Below are positions 1 to 12,945 of a DNA stretch of 64,000 nucleotides, piece after piece. The translations under genes were made by a program, and so were the position numbers. The notes under the pieces are model-generated. The model saw only the letters and a list, made by a program, of their open reading frames with translations, was not told the DNA's origin and made no database searches. This DNA comes from Zootoca vivipara (Eukaryota), in contig NC_083276.1 of assembly GCF_963506605.1 (NCBI RefSeq), forward strand, positions 81,220,001 through 81,284,000. Reading direction: 5' to 3'. The stretch's first letter is position 1. Each line of letters begins with the position of its first letter.

Positions 1-161
1 AATATGTGTCAGGATGCCTCGTGGGAATTGATTCATGTGTAAATAAATACAGTCATAAGCAAGATAGCAATGGGATGACTTCACTAGCAGCATTGGGAAT
101 GATGGTGTGAATTTGAATTGATGTGGAGGGAGTGAAGATGTAAGTGAGGAACTGACACAGA

Positions 162-186
162 ACACACACACACACACACACACACA
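162..186. repeat. (CA)n microsatellite
   Basis: Seen directly. Confidence 0.95.
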
Positions 187-501
187 AGCTACACATTTTT
201 GCAGGTCTACATTTTTGCTTTTGAAAAAGTAAATTAGATCTATAGGCCAGTTATAAAGACATTTTGTCCATTGGTTCCCCTCCCCTCCCCCACAAAACCC
301 CTCTTCATTTTCCTTGCCCAGTGGTTCTAGTGCATTTCCAGAGGCACTGATGCTATACACATGGAGCATTCTCTGACACGAACAAGATTCGTTTATTTTA
401 AAAGTGTACACCCCATCATTCATTGCAGGACCTAGACCAGGTTACGGCAAGCATATACATGAAAAACCCATGAAAATATCAATCACATCGGTAATTAGTA
501 G

Positions 502-665
502 GTTGTTGTTGTTGTTTAGTCGTTTAGTCGTGTCCGACTCTTCGTGACCCCATGGACCATAGCACGCCAGGCAGTCCTGTCTTGCACTGCCTCCCGCAGT
601 TTGGCCAAACTCATGTTCGTAGCTTCGAGAACACAGTCAAACCATCTCGTCCTCTGTCGTCCCCG
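502..665 (-). mobile_element. BovB (RTE) LINE 3' end
   Basis: (AAC)n tail, GTCACGAAGAGTCGGACACGAC end; flanking direct repeat agtaggt at 497 and 667. Confidence 0.9.
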
Positions 666-1145
666 AAGTAGGTAAGGCACTATAAAGGCCAATAGGTAAT
701 TGACCCTGACATTTTGCTCAAAACTGGAACTACTAGCAGGGCCTCTGCAGCAGATCTCAAGCGGAATGTAGTCTGCCCATTAGAAAAACACAGCACTTTC
801 AGCAACAGCTTAGATATATACATGACAGTTTGCTTTCATGTTTTGTTTTAATCTGCATATATAGGACCTTGTTTACGCCTTACTAGGTATGACCCCCAGC
901 CTCACTCACCCAAGGAATGTTTGTATATCAGTGCTAGTCCTATGGCAGGGCTGGGAAGCCTGTGGACCTCCGGTCGTTGCTGGATGACCCCTCCCATCCC
1001 TTGACCCTGACCACTGGCAATGCTTGATGGGTTTGTTGGTTGTTGGAGTCCAAGACTATGAGGCTAAAACCTGCTAGTGTCATTTTGGGTGGGCAGATAC
1101 GGGGAAAATCACTTCAACAGGAGGGCAGTGGAGGTGCATCTAAAT

Positions 1146-1282
1146 CAGGCACCCCCAAACTGCGGCCCTCCAGATGTTTTGGCCTACAACTCCCATGATC
1201 CCTAGCTAACAGGGCCAGTGGTCAGGGATGATGGGAATTGTAGTCTCAAAACATCTGGAGGGCCGAAGTTTGGGGATGCCTG
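1146..1282. mobile_element. hAT MITE
   Basis: TIRs CAGGCAnCCCCAAACT; 8-bp TSD atctaaat. Confidence 0.92.
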
Positions 1283-1611
1283 ATCTAAATGGACCGACAA
1301 TGATGTTTCTGGTTCATCCACATGTCGTCATCACCACCACTGCTGCCTTATCCATGAATATGTCTAATTGCATTAAAATTGGTCCTCATATCACATCTTG
1401 TGTAGGTATAATTGTGTGCAGTGTGAAGTGCTCCGTGTCTGCCCTGAAAGTGCACCCCACTTCCCCCCAAAACACCAGGGAATTTTTGTGTTACTATAAC
1501 CTTGTGTGTTGTATATTAGAACAGTTATCAACAATTTTTGTGATCTTATTTTTATACTCTGGAATGTCACACAGAAAGTGTCATTCCTTGTCCCATTCTG
1601 CTCAGAGGTCA

Positions 1612-1612
<1 letters not shown>

Positions 1613-1642
<30 letters not shown>
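1613..1642. repeat. (AAC)n microsatellite
   Basis: Seen directly. Confidence 0.95.
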
Positions 1643-1643
<1 letters not shown>

Positions 1644-2230
1644 TAGACTCTCTTTGGGAGCATGCCTGTATGTGCATTTATTAACAAAAAACAGAATCAT
1701 CAGTCCAATTCATCGGCTGAAGTTGTCTCCAGATGAATACGAGGTCCAATATCCCCATGCCAGTCCCATCGGGCATTTCTGCCTAGTCTTGTTTGAGGTT
1801 AATGTCTGCCTCATTTGCTACCTTCCTTTGCTGACATCATTCCAGCCTCTTCTTGAAGTATTTTCCTTCTGTCGCCTCACAATATCTTGTATTAGTTCTC
1901 TCTGTGGCTGGAAACTTGTCCAGGTTCTCCTGCCCATCAAAACAGAACTCAGCGTCACTAGCGTAACTGTTGTTCTGCTTGCTTTCAATCAGGCATTTGT
2001 TTCATTTCCTTCAAGAATACCAATACTGCATTCGGGTCAATTGGCCACACAATGCACTGGCGCAACTTCTGCTACAGGCAAAGAACGTTCCTTTTGAGGC
2101 ACAGTTGCAGATTAGTCATAGAGCCTACCTATGCATCCTTTCATCACTGACCTGTGGTTTCAGTTCCACCATACCATTTCAACAGATGGCAGCAGACGGT
2201 GTACCATTCCCTGGTTGCAATTCAACGCTG

Positions 2231-3190
2231 TCATTTTTTCTGGGACAGCACAGCTCTTTTTAAGGCTCTGATTAGTGCATCCTTTAACTCTTTGTTCCTC
2301 ATGCTATAGATCAAGGGGTTCAGCACAGGAGTGACAAAGGTGTAGACCACAGACACCGCCCGGCCTTCTTCCGGTGAGTAGCTGGAGCTTGGGCAAAGGT
2401 ATATCAAACTGCCAGAGCCATACTGCAGAAGGACGACCATTAAGTGGGAGGAACAGGTGGAGAAAGCCCTTTGCCTGCCTGCAGCAGAGCTGATCCGCAA
2501 GACAGCAGCCACAATGAAAGCATAGGAGATAGAGATTAGGAGGAAAGGGATGGCGAGGACAGCAATGCTGACAATAAAAAAGACAGTTTGGTGGAAATGG
2601 GTATCGCCGCAAGCCAGTTTAATGACAACAGGGACATCGCAGAAAAAATTATTGATTTCCTTATTGGCACAGAAAGGCAAAGTCAATATCAAGATAGAAA
2701 GCTGAATGCCAAAGAAGCAACTCATGGCCAAGGTCCCAACAACAATTTTCACACATACCCTCCAGTTCATGATGACAGTGTAGCTGAGCGGGTGACAGAT
2801 TGCCACATAGCGGTCATATGCCATGATTGCTATCAGGAAACAGTCAATACTTCCCAGGAAGGTAAAGAAGAACATTTGGGTCCCACAGCCAGCCAAGGTG
2901 ATGGAGACCTTTCTCGAAGAAGCAACGTGGGCCAGAGTGAGGGGTGCAATGGTACAAGAATAAGCGATTTCCAGACATGCCAGGTTAGCCAAGAAATAAT
3001 ACATCGGGGTGTGAAGAGAATGTGTGGTGTAGATAATGAGAACAATGGTAGCATTCCCAAACAGGCTGAGCAAGTAGAGAATCAGAAAAGTCCAGAAAAT
3101 CAGCTGCCTCGTGCCTGGGTGCGTTGTGAATGGTTGGAAGTGGAACTGTATAATTCCAGTTTGGTTTCCAGTCTCCATATAAACCTGCAT
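2231..3190 (-). CDS. Olfactory receptor A, family 10 (OR10V1-like), intact single coding exon
   Basis: OR motifs LHTPMYYFLANL, MAYDRYVAICHPL, FFCD, RAFSTCSSHL, PVLNPLIYSMRNKE; N-glycosylation NQT. Start is the ATG at 3190 (or 3178), just after a polypyrimidine tract and AG acceptor at 3201-3202. Confidence 0.95.
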   Translation of the reverse strand: MQVYMETGNQTGIIQFHFQPFTTHPGTRQLIFWTFLILYLLSLFGNATIVLIIYTTHSLHTPMYYFLANLACLEIAYSCTIAPLTLAHVASSRKVSITLAGCGTQMFFFTFLGSIDCFLIAIMAYDRYVAICHPLSYTVIMNWRVCVKIVVGTLAMSCFFGIQLSILILTLPFCANKEINNFFCDVPVVIKLACGDTHFHQTVFFIVSIAVLAIPFLLISISYAFIVAAVLRISSAAGRQRAFSTCSSHLMVVLLQYGSGSLIYLCPSSSYSPEEGRAVSVVYTFVTPVLNPLIYSMRNKELKDALIRALKRAVLSQKK

Positions 3191-3469
3191 ATCAGTTTTG
3201 CTATGGGTTAAGAGGAGAGAGGACAAAATTACTGAGAAGCCTGCATTGGGCAAGCAGGAAATTAAGTAACACAGATAAATTGAATTGCAACAAACAGGGA
3301 GGATGTTGCAAACTTGGCTGATAGTGAATGTGCAATTGATCAACATATCCTTTAATACTGAAGTTCAGACTTCTGTGGGCAGCTATTAACAAGAATGAGA
3401 CCAGGTTCTTAGAGTAGGTTGTTCACGGACATGTCTACATCCATTAAAACTGAGCGACTATTACACTGC

Positions 3470-3565
3470 CTATAAATGGCTAGGTTGATATTGAAATGTT
3501 TTACAATTTTGTATGTGCTGTAAGCCGCCCAGAGTAGCTGGGGAAACCCTGCCAGATGGATGGGG

Positions 3566-3607
<42 letters not shown>
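3470..3607 (+). mobile_element. L2-like 3' tail ending in (AAT)n
   Basis: TGTAAGCCGCCCAGAG...GGGGTATAATAATAAT. Confidence 0.65.
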
Positions 3608-3608
<1 letters not shown>

Positions 3609-3935
3609 TGTATTGGGATGAATGTGTACTGGAAAGCTGACAACTTCTTATGAGGACTTCAAAACTAATAATAGCAAACAGATGTGGAGATCTGAAATTA
3701 ATAATGGAAAAACAGAAAAACTGAAAGGCACCAAAGTTGATACATTTATCCACCCCAAATTGATGGGACCATTTATGCCACAAACTTTTTCTGCTTTGTT
3801 ATAACCATCAACAGTGAGAAATAGCCATTTTAAGTTCTCATTGTTTACTTTCCAAATTCAAGCCATTTCCAAATTTATTCATATTTTGGACAGAAGTGTT
3901 TGATTCTTTCAGTGAAACTTGTGGCTACAATTTCA

Positions 3936-3936
<1 letters not shown>

Positions 3937-3977
<41 letters not shown>
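3937..3977. repeat. (TG)n microsatellite
   Basis: Seen directly. Confidence 0.95.
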
Positions 3978-3978
<1 letters not shown>

Positions 3979-6534
3979 TGCTGCAAACTGGAACGAAACA
4001 GGAGTAGCAGTACTGAAGGCACAGCTGACAAAAACAGGATAGATTGTTCCTAGTCGGGAACCATCTATATCATGCTTTATCTCAGCGGCTAGGGTGTTCT
4101 TTATGCAATTCCTGCATTCTGGATGTGGGGTGAGGTTTTTGTTTCTGATATCTGCCACAGGACAGTCTGTCTCAAAAATGTTTTCTAAAGAACCCTGAAG
4201 CTTATTTTTTTACCCCCTCTCCCTAACTCTGGTGTTTGCGTGCATTTGACATATCAGTACATATTTTATTTGTTTTGTTTGTACTTTCTTTGAGGGATAG
4301 TCATTTATTAGTGCATTTTTAAAAAAATCTACCTACCTTCCTACCCTGACAAAGTCAAGAAAACTTGCTAAATGAATTCCCCACCACCACCACTCTTCTT
4401 CTGTTGACTTAACATACGAGCAGCAACCTGGACATGAATATTTACTTCCCATTGTTGCTGTTAAATTCAAAATTATTCCTTCCTTCCCTTATTTCCTTTG
4501 TAAAACATTCTCATTGGGGTCAACACATGCAGCCGTTTTAGCATATCTACTCTTCCATGTGAGTGTCTTTCTTACCTGTATTGAAACCAGCAGCTGCTGT
4601 CTTTTCTTCACATCTCCCAGCATTCGAGGCATTTTAACCTATCTTCTATAGCCCCTTGGGAGTGAACTACTGAAGCTGCCTCTCACCACAGCTCCTATCA
4701 GCAAGAGGTTTGGTGAACATTCAGCCTGATTTACTTGCCCAAAAATTGGGAGGTTAGACATTATTGACTGTTTATTGAAAATTCATTCTGACTGGTTTGC
4801 AGAGAGGTTATATGACCTTGCATCAGGTGTCCTTCCATACTTTCCTTTGCATTTTCCTGACACTTTCCCTATTACCACACACACAAAAAGGTTGGGGAGG
4901 GGGAGATGAACCAGCTTTATTGCACAGACTTTGACTGAGCTGCCTAAATTTGCCAATATATGACTGAATCCCACTGAAAATAGCAACAGTCTGAAAGCAC
5001 TGTGGATGATGCAGAATCTTTTTCTAAGCTCATGGGCGGATTGAGAGCAGTGCTTGGAATGAACTAGTTGAGCTCTATGAAGTTTACTGAAATAGTTTAA
5101 AAATCTCCGAACTACACCTGAAAGTTGAGCCCATAATTGGCAGGTGAACTAAGGTGGATTCAGTTAATTTGGGGGTTCAACTCCAAATGATTTCATCTTC
5201 CTGTCTATTCCCTCTTCTTCCCACAGCAAGAGGCCCAGACTCCTAGCTTTCATTTAAAAAGTCCATCAGACATCTACAAAGAAAGTTAGAAAGCAAACTG
5301 TGGAGACAATGTCCGAAGTCTTATTAAGTGGATACAGAGGTGCTGCTGTTGCTAAGGGTGCTTAGTCACTTAACCATGTTTGCTAAGCAACCAGAATAAA
5401 GGATTGTGTGCCATTTCCTGTATCTTCTCTGCTGAAGAGAGTCACTCTCTTCCAACAGGAGCAGCTTGCAGCAGAAAGCACAAATAAAGCAAAGGAACAA
5501 AACAAATGATGTTTTGTTGGCACAATTTAAGCAGAGTAAACAATTTTTAGTATGGAAATACAATTATGTGGCAAGGTTCATCTGTTGACATTCTCTCTAT
5601 TAGGCATCTTGTGAGTGGTCCCTGATTACCCTGTAGTTCAGCCCAGGAGCTTCTAACTTTCTGAATGCTGAAGGTTTTTGTTCTTTTGCAGAAGATGAAC
5701 ACTTTATGAACTAAAAAGTTCATTTGAATGAATGTGAGCAGAACTAGCTTGTCTTATAAAATGATGAACTTGAACTGAAATGAACTTTCGAAGCCCTGGT
5801 TGAAAGTTTACTGAGGGTTTGGATTTGGTGCACACATAGGCCACCTGTGAATCCAGCAGTTGTATTTGTTGCATTTTTTCATACTTTGGTTACTGGTTGT
5901 TGTTGGGGCTCTTTCCTGAAGACAAATCAGCTCTTAATTATCCAGTAATAACTTCTACATCTCCTCTTCCCCTATATGATCTTCATTCTTGATTGGCCAA
6001 GAGGAATTCATCCTTTTAAATCAAATTTTGCCCTCATTGTCACCATCTTTGAAGAAGTTTCTGGATTTTAATACAGTTAGATTTTAATACAGCAAAAAGG
6101 AAAGGTATTGTTCCATGTTAATGAATGAAAAAAATATTTTTGTAAGATGTATGATAATGCAAGGTGGTCTTCAAATAGTATTAGGGATCCATAGAGGCCG
6201 AGAGAAATAAATAACAAGAAAGGGGCTGTGTTGAGGATATGTGTTGAGGAACTTTGGAGCACTAGGTTCATTTGTGGGCTAGAAATAAGAACCTTTATGA
6301 GAAAAATCTTGTTATTCTCAGTTCAGTGCAGATCAGTACTGAGAGCTGTAGTGGCAAGAGGTGACTCTGGAGTGTGCAAGGTAGAGTTTCGCTGATGAGT
6401 AGATTGTCCACCTGGCATGTCTATGGGTGGAAAAAGAAAAGCAGCAGCAAAAGCCAGCAAGGGACAGCAATCATTGATGAGTTCAGTGCTGCAGTGGAGA
6501 AAGATAAAACCAATTTAAAATTAGGATTTTTGGC

Positions 6535-8276
6535 TTCCTGTTTCCGGCGGTGAGAAATGGCTGACTCCCATACCCCAGCAGTGCCAGTAATTCAGGGCTG
6601 GTATGGGGGTAATTAGCCCTGGCAGACTTCCTAGGATGGGGGAGGAGTGTCTTGTAGACCCGCAGATTATCCGAGATTGTCAGCTTGCATCAAGGTGGAG
6701 GCGGCAGGACACTGGGTCCCAGAGCACAACACAGCCGGCACTCTCCAAAGCCACTCTCATAGCCAGAAATATCTGTTTGATAAGATAATTAGATTTGGAC
6801 AATAAACATAGTCTGGACCAAAGAAGACTGAGAAAAAACCTGCAGATTTGTACAGTCCCTGGCTAGGGCTTCAAGGCTCGGAGACTTCAAAGAGATTCTC
6901 GTCATGGTGTTTGGATTAAGGAGCTATTGGCACAATCTTTTTTTCTTTACAATACTTTAAATTGGTCTTTCTATGCCTAGCCTCATTAAGCAACCTAATT
7001 TATTTTGAGGAGTACAGATGGACTTCTATTGATTGGATATTCAATTGCGCAGCTTTATTTGGTTTGAAAGACTTGATAAAGAAAAGAAGAAACAAGATGG
7101 CGCTTGATAATGACGCAGCACAGAAAAATGTGAGTTCCTCCCTGGTTCGAAGGAAGTGGAGGTGTTTGCTGGCTGACTTTGTAGTGATTTGAGACAATAA
7201 TTTGGGATAACATGCAGTGCAGCTGTTTGCAGAGTTTCTTCATTAAGTGCGAGAGAGAAGGCTAAATGGATGTCTAGCAGCCCCCCTCCTAGGGCCCAGG
7301 AGGAGGGAATGTGTCATCTCCGAAAGCCGATTGATCGTCAAATGATTTATATCTGTGGAATACAGTTTATTTACATTGCAAGATGCAAACAGTATGCCTT
7401 ACATCAAATGACAAATTTGGACAACAGCCTGGATGGGAAAACAAAATAAAAAAATCATTCCAGTAGCACCTTAGAGACCAACTAGGTTTGTCATAGGTAT
7501 GAGCTTTCGTGAGCATGCACACTTCTTCAGATACACTGAAACAGAAGTCACCAGACCCTATGTATAGTCAGAGGGTGGGGAGGGTATTACTCAGAAGGGG
7601 GGTGGGAATGGGTGATTGGCTGATAGGAGTGGAAACCTGTTGATGACTGTTAACGACTGTTAACGAGTGCAATAGGTCTTGCAGGAAAAAGCAAGGGCTG
7701 AGGAAAAAGCAAGGGCTGAGGTGCTAAGCCCGGATGGGAGTAACTCAACAACTTAATAACACAGGAGTTGCTGCATCATTAAACATTAAATGAGGACTTG
7801 GGCAACAGCCTGGATCGGAAGATTGGAATGAAGTCAGGAAAAGCTGCACTGGTAAATAGACAGTTGGAAAAATACATATTTACAAATAAAGCTTTACTCG
7901 ATGGATGTAAAGATATATGATTTTTGACATGATTGAGAATCGCACAGCCAGGGACGGAGAACTTTAAAGTGTTAAAATCGGAATGTGGAAAATAGGAGAA
8001 CAACAACAAGAAGGCAGGAAGACAACAAGAAGACAACAAGAAGGCAGGTCCAGACTACGGGAAGCCTGGAAAAAAATTAATAATTAATAATTTGGATTAC
8101 AATTTTGTCTCTTTTTTCGTTTGTTGTTTTTAATTGGATTATGATTACATGTTGATTGGCTGTTTTTATTGGAAAATTAATTAAAATGATTTTAAAAAAA
8201 GAAGTAAAGTGGATAACGAAGATGTGTTTAAATATTACAAAATAGAAAATTAATAAAAGATATTATTAAAAAAAAG
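6535..8276 (+). mobile_element. Degenerate or non-autonomous L1-like element with nested Penelope fragment
   Basis: TTCCGG...AAATGGC start, AAGATGGCG ~7094, A-rich tail to 8276, imperfect flanking repeat aaaaYtaRgatttt; no intact ORF. Confidence 0.5.
7440..7730 (-). mobile_element. Penelope-like element pLTR fragment with hammerhead motif (7497-7534)
   Basis: CAGTAGCACCTTAGAGACCAACT...GAGCTTTCGTG...CTTCTTCAGATAC; same family at 41.9 and 59.6 kb. Confidence 0.8.
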
Positions 8277-9253
8277 AAAACTAAGATTTTGGGTGGTGGA
8301 ATTTCTGCATAGCCTGAGCAAATTTGGTGGCAGTTTTGGAAGTGGAGTTGGGTTTAGGGACAATAGCACCAGTGGGGGAGCAATCAGCTGGCCGTAAGGG
8401 CAAGAATTACATGTCCCACAGGCCACAAGTACCTGGTCACTTATGAGCTAGATGGACTAATGGCATGACTTGGTATGTGCCATATATGTATTTATATGTA
8501 TTTTCCTTATGAGGAACCGAAGTTAACAATGACTTTGCAATGCTACTCAATCTGAGCTTTCAACCTAAGTGTTCCATATACAAGTCAACCATTTTCTCCA
8601 TTGAACTACACTTAGATATGGAGTTGAGTCTTAAAGTGGCCGTGTAAATATTTACTTACGCCAGAAAAGTCCTTGGAGAATTGAAACTTTATAAACTTAC
8701 AGCCAGTTCTCTGAGGGTGAACATCCCTTGAAAATTGAAGCATATATGTGCAAGACTCTTGGCCCAGATCAACAATTGCCTCCTCTTAAGGGACAACTTT
8801 ATCTTTGGGGAACCAAGTATCTTTCTCTGGTGCATAAACTTGTAAAGTCCTAAAGCATCTTTCATGGCCGTCAGAGAATTATGTTAACTTGTGCATGTCT
8901 CATAAGAGATCTCCTAGTTTTAACAAGCCTCTAAGGCATTCTGTCTTGAAATTATTTGTCTCAACAGAGGGCGGGGGGTGCGGAGAGAGAACCTTTGCCT
9001 CCTTAACAACTTTTCTCACCATCTTATCCATAAATCCCAATAGGATGTTACTTATTTATATTTAAGAAAGTTCTACAGAACTTCCCAAAATCAGAGAAAG
9101 CATCTCAAGGTCCTAAGAGAGGGACAATTTCAAGGTTATTTCTCATCCTTAAAGAAAACAGTAGCTGTTGCAGTGTTTGTTAGCATCACTTTCCCCAGAG
9201 ATGTAATGTATTAGAATTTGAAAGAACTAATTACCGTCTTATAATCGAGGAAG

Positions 9254-9451
9254 GAAGGACAGATCCTGAAGCTGAGGCTCCAATACTTTGGCCACCTCAT
9301 GAGAAGAGAAGACTCCCTGGAAAAGACCCTGATGTTGGGAATGATGGAGGGCACTAAGAGAAGGGGACGGCAGAGGACGAGATGGTTGGATAGTGTTCTC
9401 GAAGCTACCAACATGAGTTTGACCAAGCTGCGGGAGGCAGTGGAAGACAAC
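9254..9451 (+). mobile_element. BovB fragment
   Basis: LRLQYFGHLMRREDSLEKTLMLG; 11-bp TSD aatcgaggaag. Confidence 0.9.
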
Positions 9452-9497
9452 AATCGAGGAAGAGGGACAGTCTATACTAAATATTGTGATGGATAAA

Positions 9498-9736
9498 TAC
9501 CCTGTTTCTAATATTTTAAGACATACCCATAAAATAAGCCATAGCAGGATTTTTAAGCATTCAAGGAATATAAGCCATACCCCGAAAATAAGACATAGTG
9601 ATAGGCGCAGCAGCAATGCCGGCCGCGGCAGGAGGAGGAGGAAAAAAATAAGACATCCCTTGAAAATAAGCCATAGTGTGTTTTTTTGAGGAAAAAATAA
9701 ATATAAGACGTGTCTTATAATATGAGAAACACGGTA
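9498..9736. mobile_element. Tc1/mariner (pogo/Tigger-like) MITE
   Basis: TA-CCCTGTTTCT ... AGAAACACGG-TA termini; internal AAAATAAGAC/GCC repeats. Confidence 0.75.
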
Positions 9737-10371
9737 TCAGTCACCACCACCCCTCCAAAAGCATTCCCCCAAACAAAGGTTGGTGTCCAATGAACAGGCC
9801 CAGCAACCCATTAGTGACCTAATCATCCACACACTTGGGCTGCTGTGTGGTTTTACTGTGGTGCTTTAATTATTTGATTCGTTTATCAAGAAGTTTTCAT
9901 TCTTTTCCACAAGTCAGAAGTACATTAGCACAAATGAGCAAAATTTTGCAGGCATAATTCTAAACCATGATTCTATAACCAAGCCTCTCCCAAAAGTACT
10001 ATCACTCTCTAAACCTTTGTTTCCATAGCCATATTCACAATGCTCTTGCTAGAAAAACAATTGACTAAAATTATTCAAATCATTCAGTTGTAAAACAATC
10101 TCTTTGTACTGTTCCACCTGTGAATTTTATGAAACTGATTTTTGCTGTGACTGAGGACTCCTCCTGATATAAAGCTCTTTATCAATCAATGACTGGCTAT
10201 TCCCTAATAAGAGGGACTGCTCAGTTTGTAGCGCATCCTTGTTCCAGTAACAATAACGGTTCTTATTTCTGGACTATATTGCCACATATTTACCTAGTGC
10301 TCCAAAGTTTCTCAACACATACCCTGCCCCTTTCCAGTTATTTATTTCTCTTGGCCTCTATGGATCCTTAA

Positions 10372-10552
10372 TACAGTGGTACCTTGGTTTAAGTACACAA
10401 TTGGTTCCGGAAGTCTGTACTTAACCTGAAGCGTACTTAACCTGAAGCGAACTTTCCCATTGAAGTGGATTAATCCATTCCAGACGAGTCCTCAGAGTAC
10501 TTAAACTGAAAGTACTCAAACTGAAGCGTACTTAAACCGAGGTATGACTGTA
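10372..10552. mobile_element. Tigger-like MITE
   Basis: TA-CAGTGGTACCTTGGTTTAAG ... CTTAAACCGAGGTATGACTG-TA. Confidence 0.88.
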
Positions 10553-11922
10553 CCAAATGAAGACCATGTATCATATAATATACAGGAGAAGTTAAACACG
10601 ATACTGTCTTCTCTCCCCCCCCCCAATCATATATTTCTCCAGTCTTGTGGGACTATTTCCTCTGAGGGCACCTTTATATAGGGCACCTGGTTTTCTGCTT
10701 GCTGCACCTTCTTGTTTGGATTGCCCTGCCTGAGATATACGAGTTCTATATGTGATGTGGTCTCTTTTCAAATCCGCAGGGAATATGGGATCTATCAGGT
10801 TCAGAATACACAAGAAAACCAGGGAAGGGTTATTTCTATGGTTTCATTATTCTAAAATTTTCCAATAATGATCCAGCAGAAACCTGGTCTTTTGTGAAGG
10901 TTGGCATTTATTATTATTGCATAGAAGAAAATTTATAAAATTAAGTGCTTTTACTTCCATCATTTCTCCTTCCAGTGTTTCAACCACCATCTGAAGAACA
11001 TACACCACAGTATGAAAGCAGCTTGAGACTTGCTGCTCTCTGATCTTTAAATTTTTGTCCTTCTTTACTCAAAATGATCGCTATAGGGAATGAGAGAAAG
11101 GAGCACAAAACTTTTCTTTCCTAAAGTTTAGGAGTCTGGCTTTGTATGAGAATGTGAACTCCCTTGTGACTGCTATTAGACAGGGATGGAGGGAAGTGTG
11201 AAGTACCAGTACTTGATGATGACAAGCAAGCCCCTAACTTTTGGTATACTTACGTGACTTCTCTGAGTGGTGAGAAGTTCTGGGGGATGCAGTGTTCACG
11301 TGGCTTTAGATGCCTTTGGAAATAATTCACAGGAGAATTATGGCGCTTTGTGACATTTCAGTTTATTTATTTAATATATATACATGCATACAGAATCTTA
11401 GACTAGACGCAGATTATTGTTTATTCACACACCCACACCCACACACTCAAATACAGAAATAAGTAAATACAGAATAATTAAATAAAATACTGTAAAATAA
11501 AATAAGTAAATACCAAAAATAATTACATATATGTTACATTTTACAATAAAGCAAAAAGGTTGCAAGGATGAATATTATGCTGGAAGTTCTTGTTCCAGAA
11601 TGAAAAAGAGACTCCCCTTCTATTAATCTATGTGACAGTTTTCTATTTGTTACTCTGAAACATATAAATGTAATCATTTTTTATATCCCAGATTTTCTCA
11701 AACCAGTGAGATACTAAAAGAGTTGTGCCCCCTCACATTCTAGCAATACATATTTTTGCTGCAGAAAAGTTTAGTGCCACTTCTAAATATTCCTCTAGAG
11801 CTATGTTTTTCAAATATCCCAGTAAGAGGCATTTGAGATCATGTGATAATTTCCAACCAATTATCAAATTACATAATTGCATACCCCCTTAAAATGAATT
11901 ATTGGACAGTCTGCTTGGAGTT

Positions 11923-12244
11923 AAGATCAAACCTATCCATTCTGAAGGAAATCAGCCCTGAGTGCTCACTGGAAGGACAGAAGTTGAAGCTGAGGCTCCA
12001 GTACTTTGGCCACCTCATGAGAAGAGAAGACTCTCTTGAAAGGACCCTGGTGCTGGGAAAAATTGAGGGCACAAGGAGAAGGGGACGGCAGAGGAGGAGA
12101 TGGTCTGACAGTGTTCTCGAAGCTACCAACATGAGTTTGACCAAACTGCGGGAGGCAGTGGAAGACAGGAGTGCCTGGCATGCTATGGTCCATGGGGTCA
12201 CATAGAGTCGGACACGACTAAACGACTAAACAACAACGACAACA
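11923..12244 (+). mobile_element. BovB 3' fragment (unit 1 only)
   Basis: RT C-terminus plus tail; absent at the paralogous site ~17643-17675. Confidence 0.92.
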
Positions 12245-12945
12245 AATAAATTTGATTTAATGTGTGTGGAACCCCACACAGACAGTATTAGTATAGTTAT
12301 GTAAGAAAATGTTTAAATATTTCTTAGTGACACAATCTCAGCTTCCACAGCCACCGCCTGTCATGAACCACCACGGACAAGATTGGCAGAAACTGCAGCA
12401 GATACATTCTATGCTTATGAAAATATTCTATTTTCTGGTTAATTGTACTGGTTTAAGTGGTTTATATTTGACTTCCTTTAGTAACATTTTATTTTGAAAA
12501 GCTTAATGTATTTTTGTTAACTTTTCTTGATTAGATATTCATTCTGCAGTTGAACTCCTTCTTAATGTTTTATTTTGAAATCTTTAAGGTAATGTCTTAG
12601 TTTCCTGTTTATTATGTTGCTTTGAATGTTTATTTTATACGTGGCTTTCATTCGTAATCTTTTGTACTGGATTGTTCTGTCTGATATTTTAATGTGTTGT
12701 AAACCGCTTTGAGATTATTTTCTTAAAAATATAAAGCAACATAGAAATGAGAGGAATAATGATGATGAGGACAGTAGAATTGCATTGAGTTCCTCTCTCT
12801 TGTTACAATCTCACATGACATCCTCTACCTATAGATATTACCATGGGGCGAGACGCTGCATGGGGGTCGTACATTAGCTACCTCTGCTGCTATCAGCCTG
12901 TTCCTGTCATCCCCATGGTCTAACTTTAATGAAGACTGCTGGCTG

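Noticed and set aside
1228-2097. 289-aa + strand ORF with polyQ
   Set aside because: Starts in a hAT MITE, the polyQ is an (AAC)n microsatellite, and no domain is recognisable.
3191-3346. 52-aa N-terminal extension of OR A in the ORF track
   Set aside because: Non-ATG start that runs through a polypyrimidine tract and splice acceptor; intronic.
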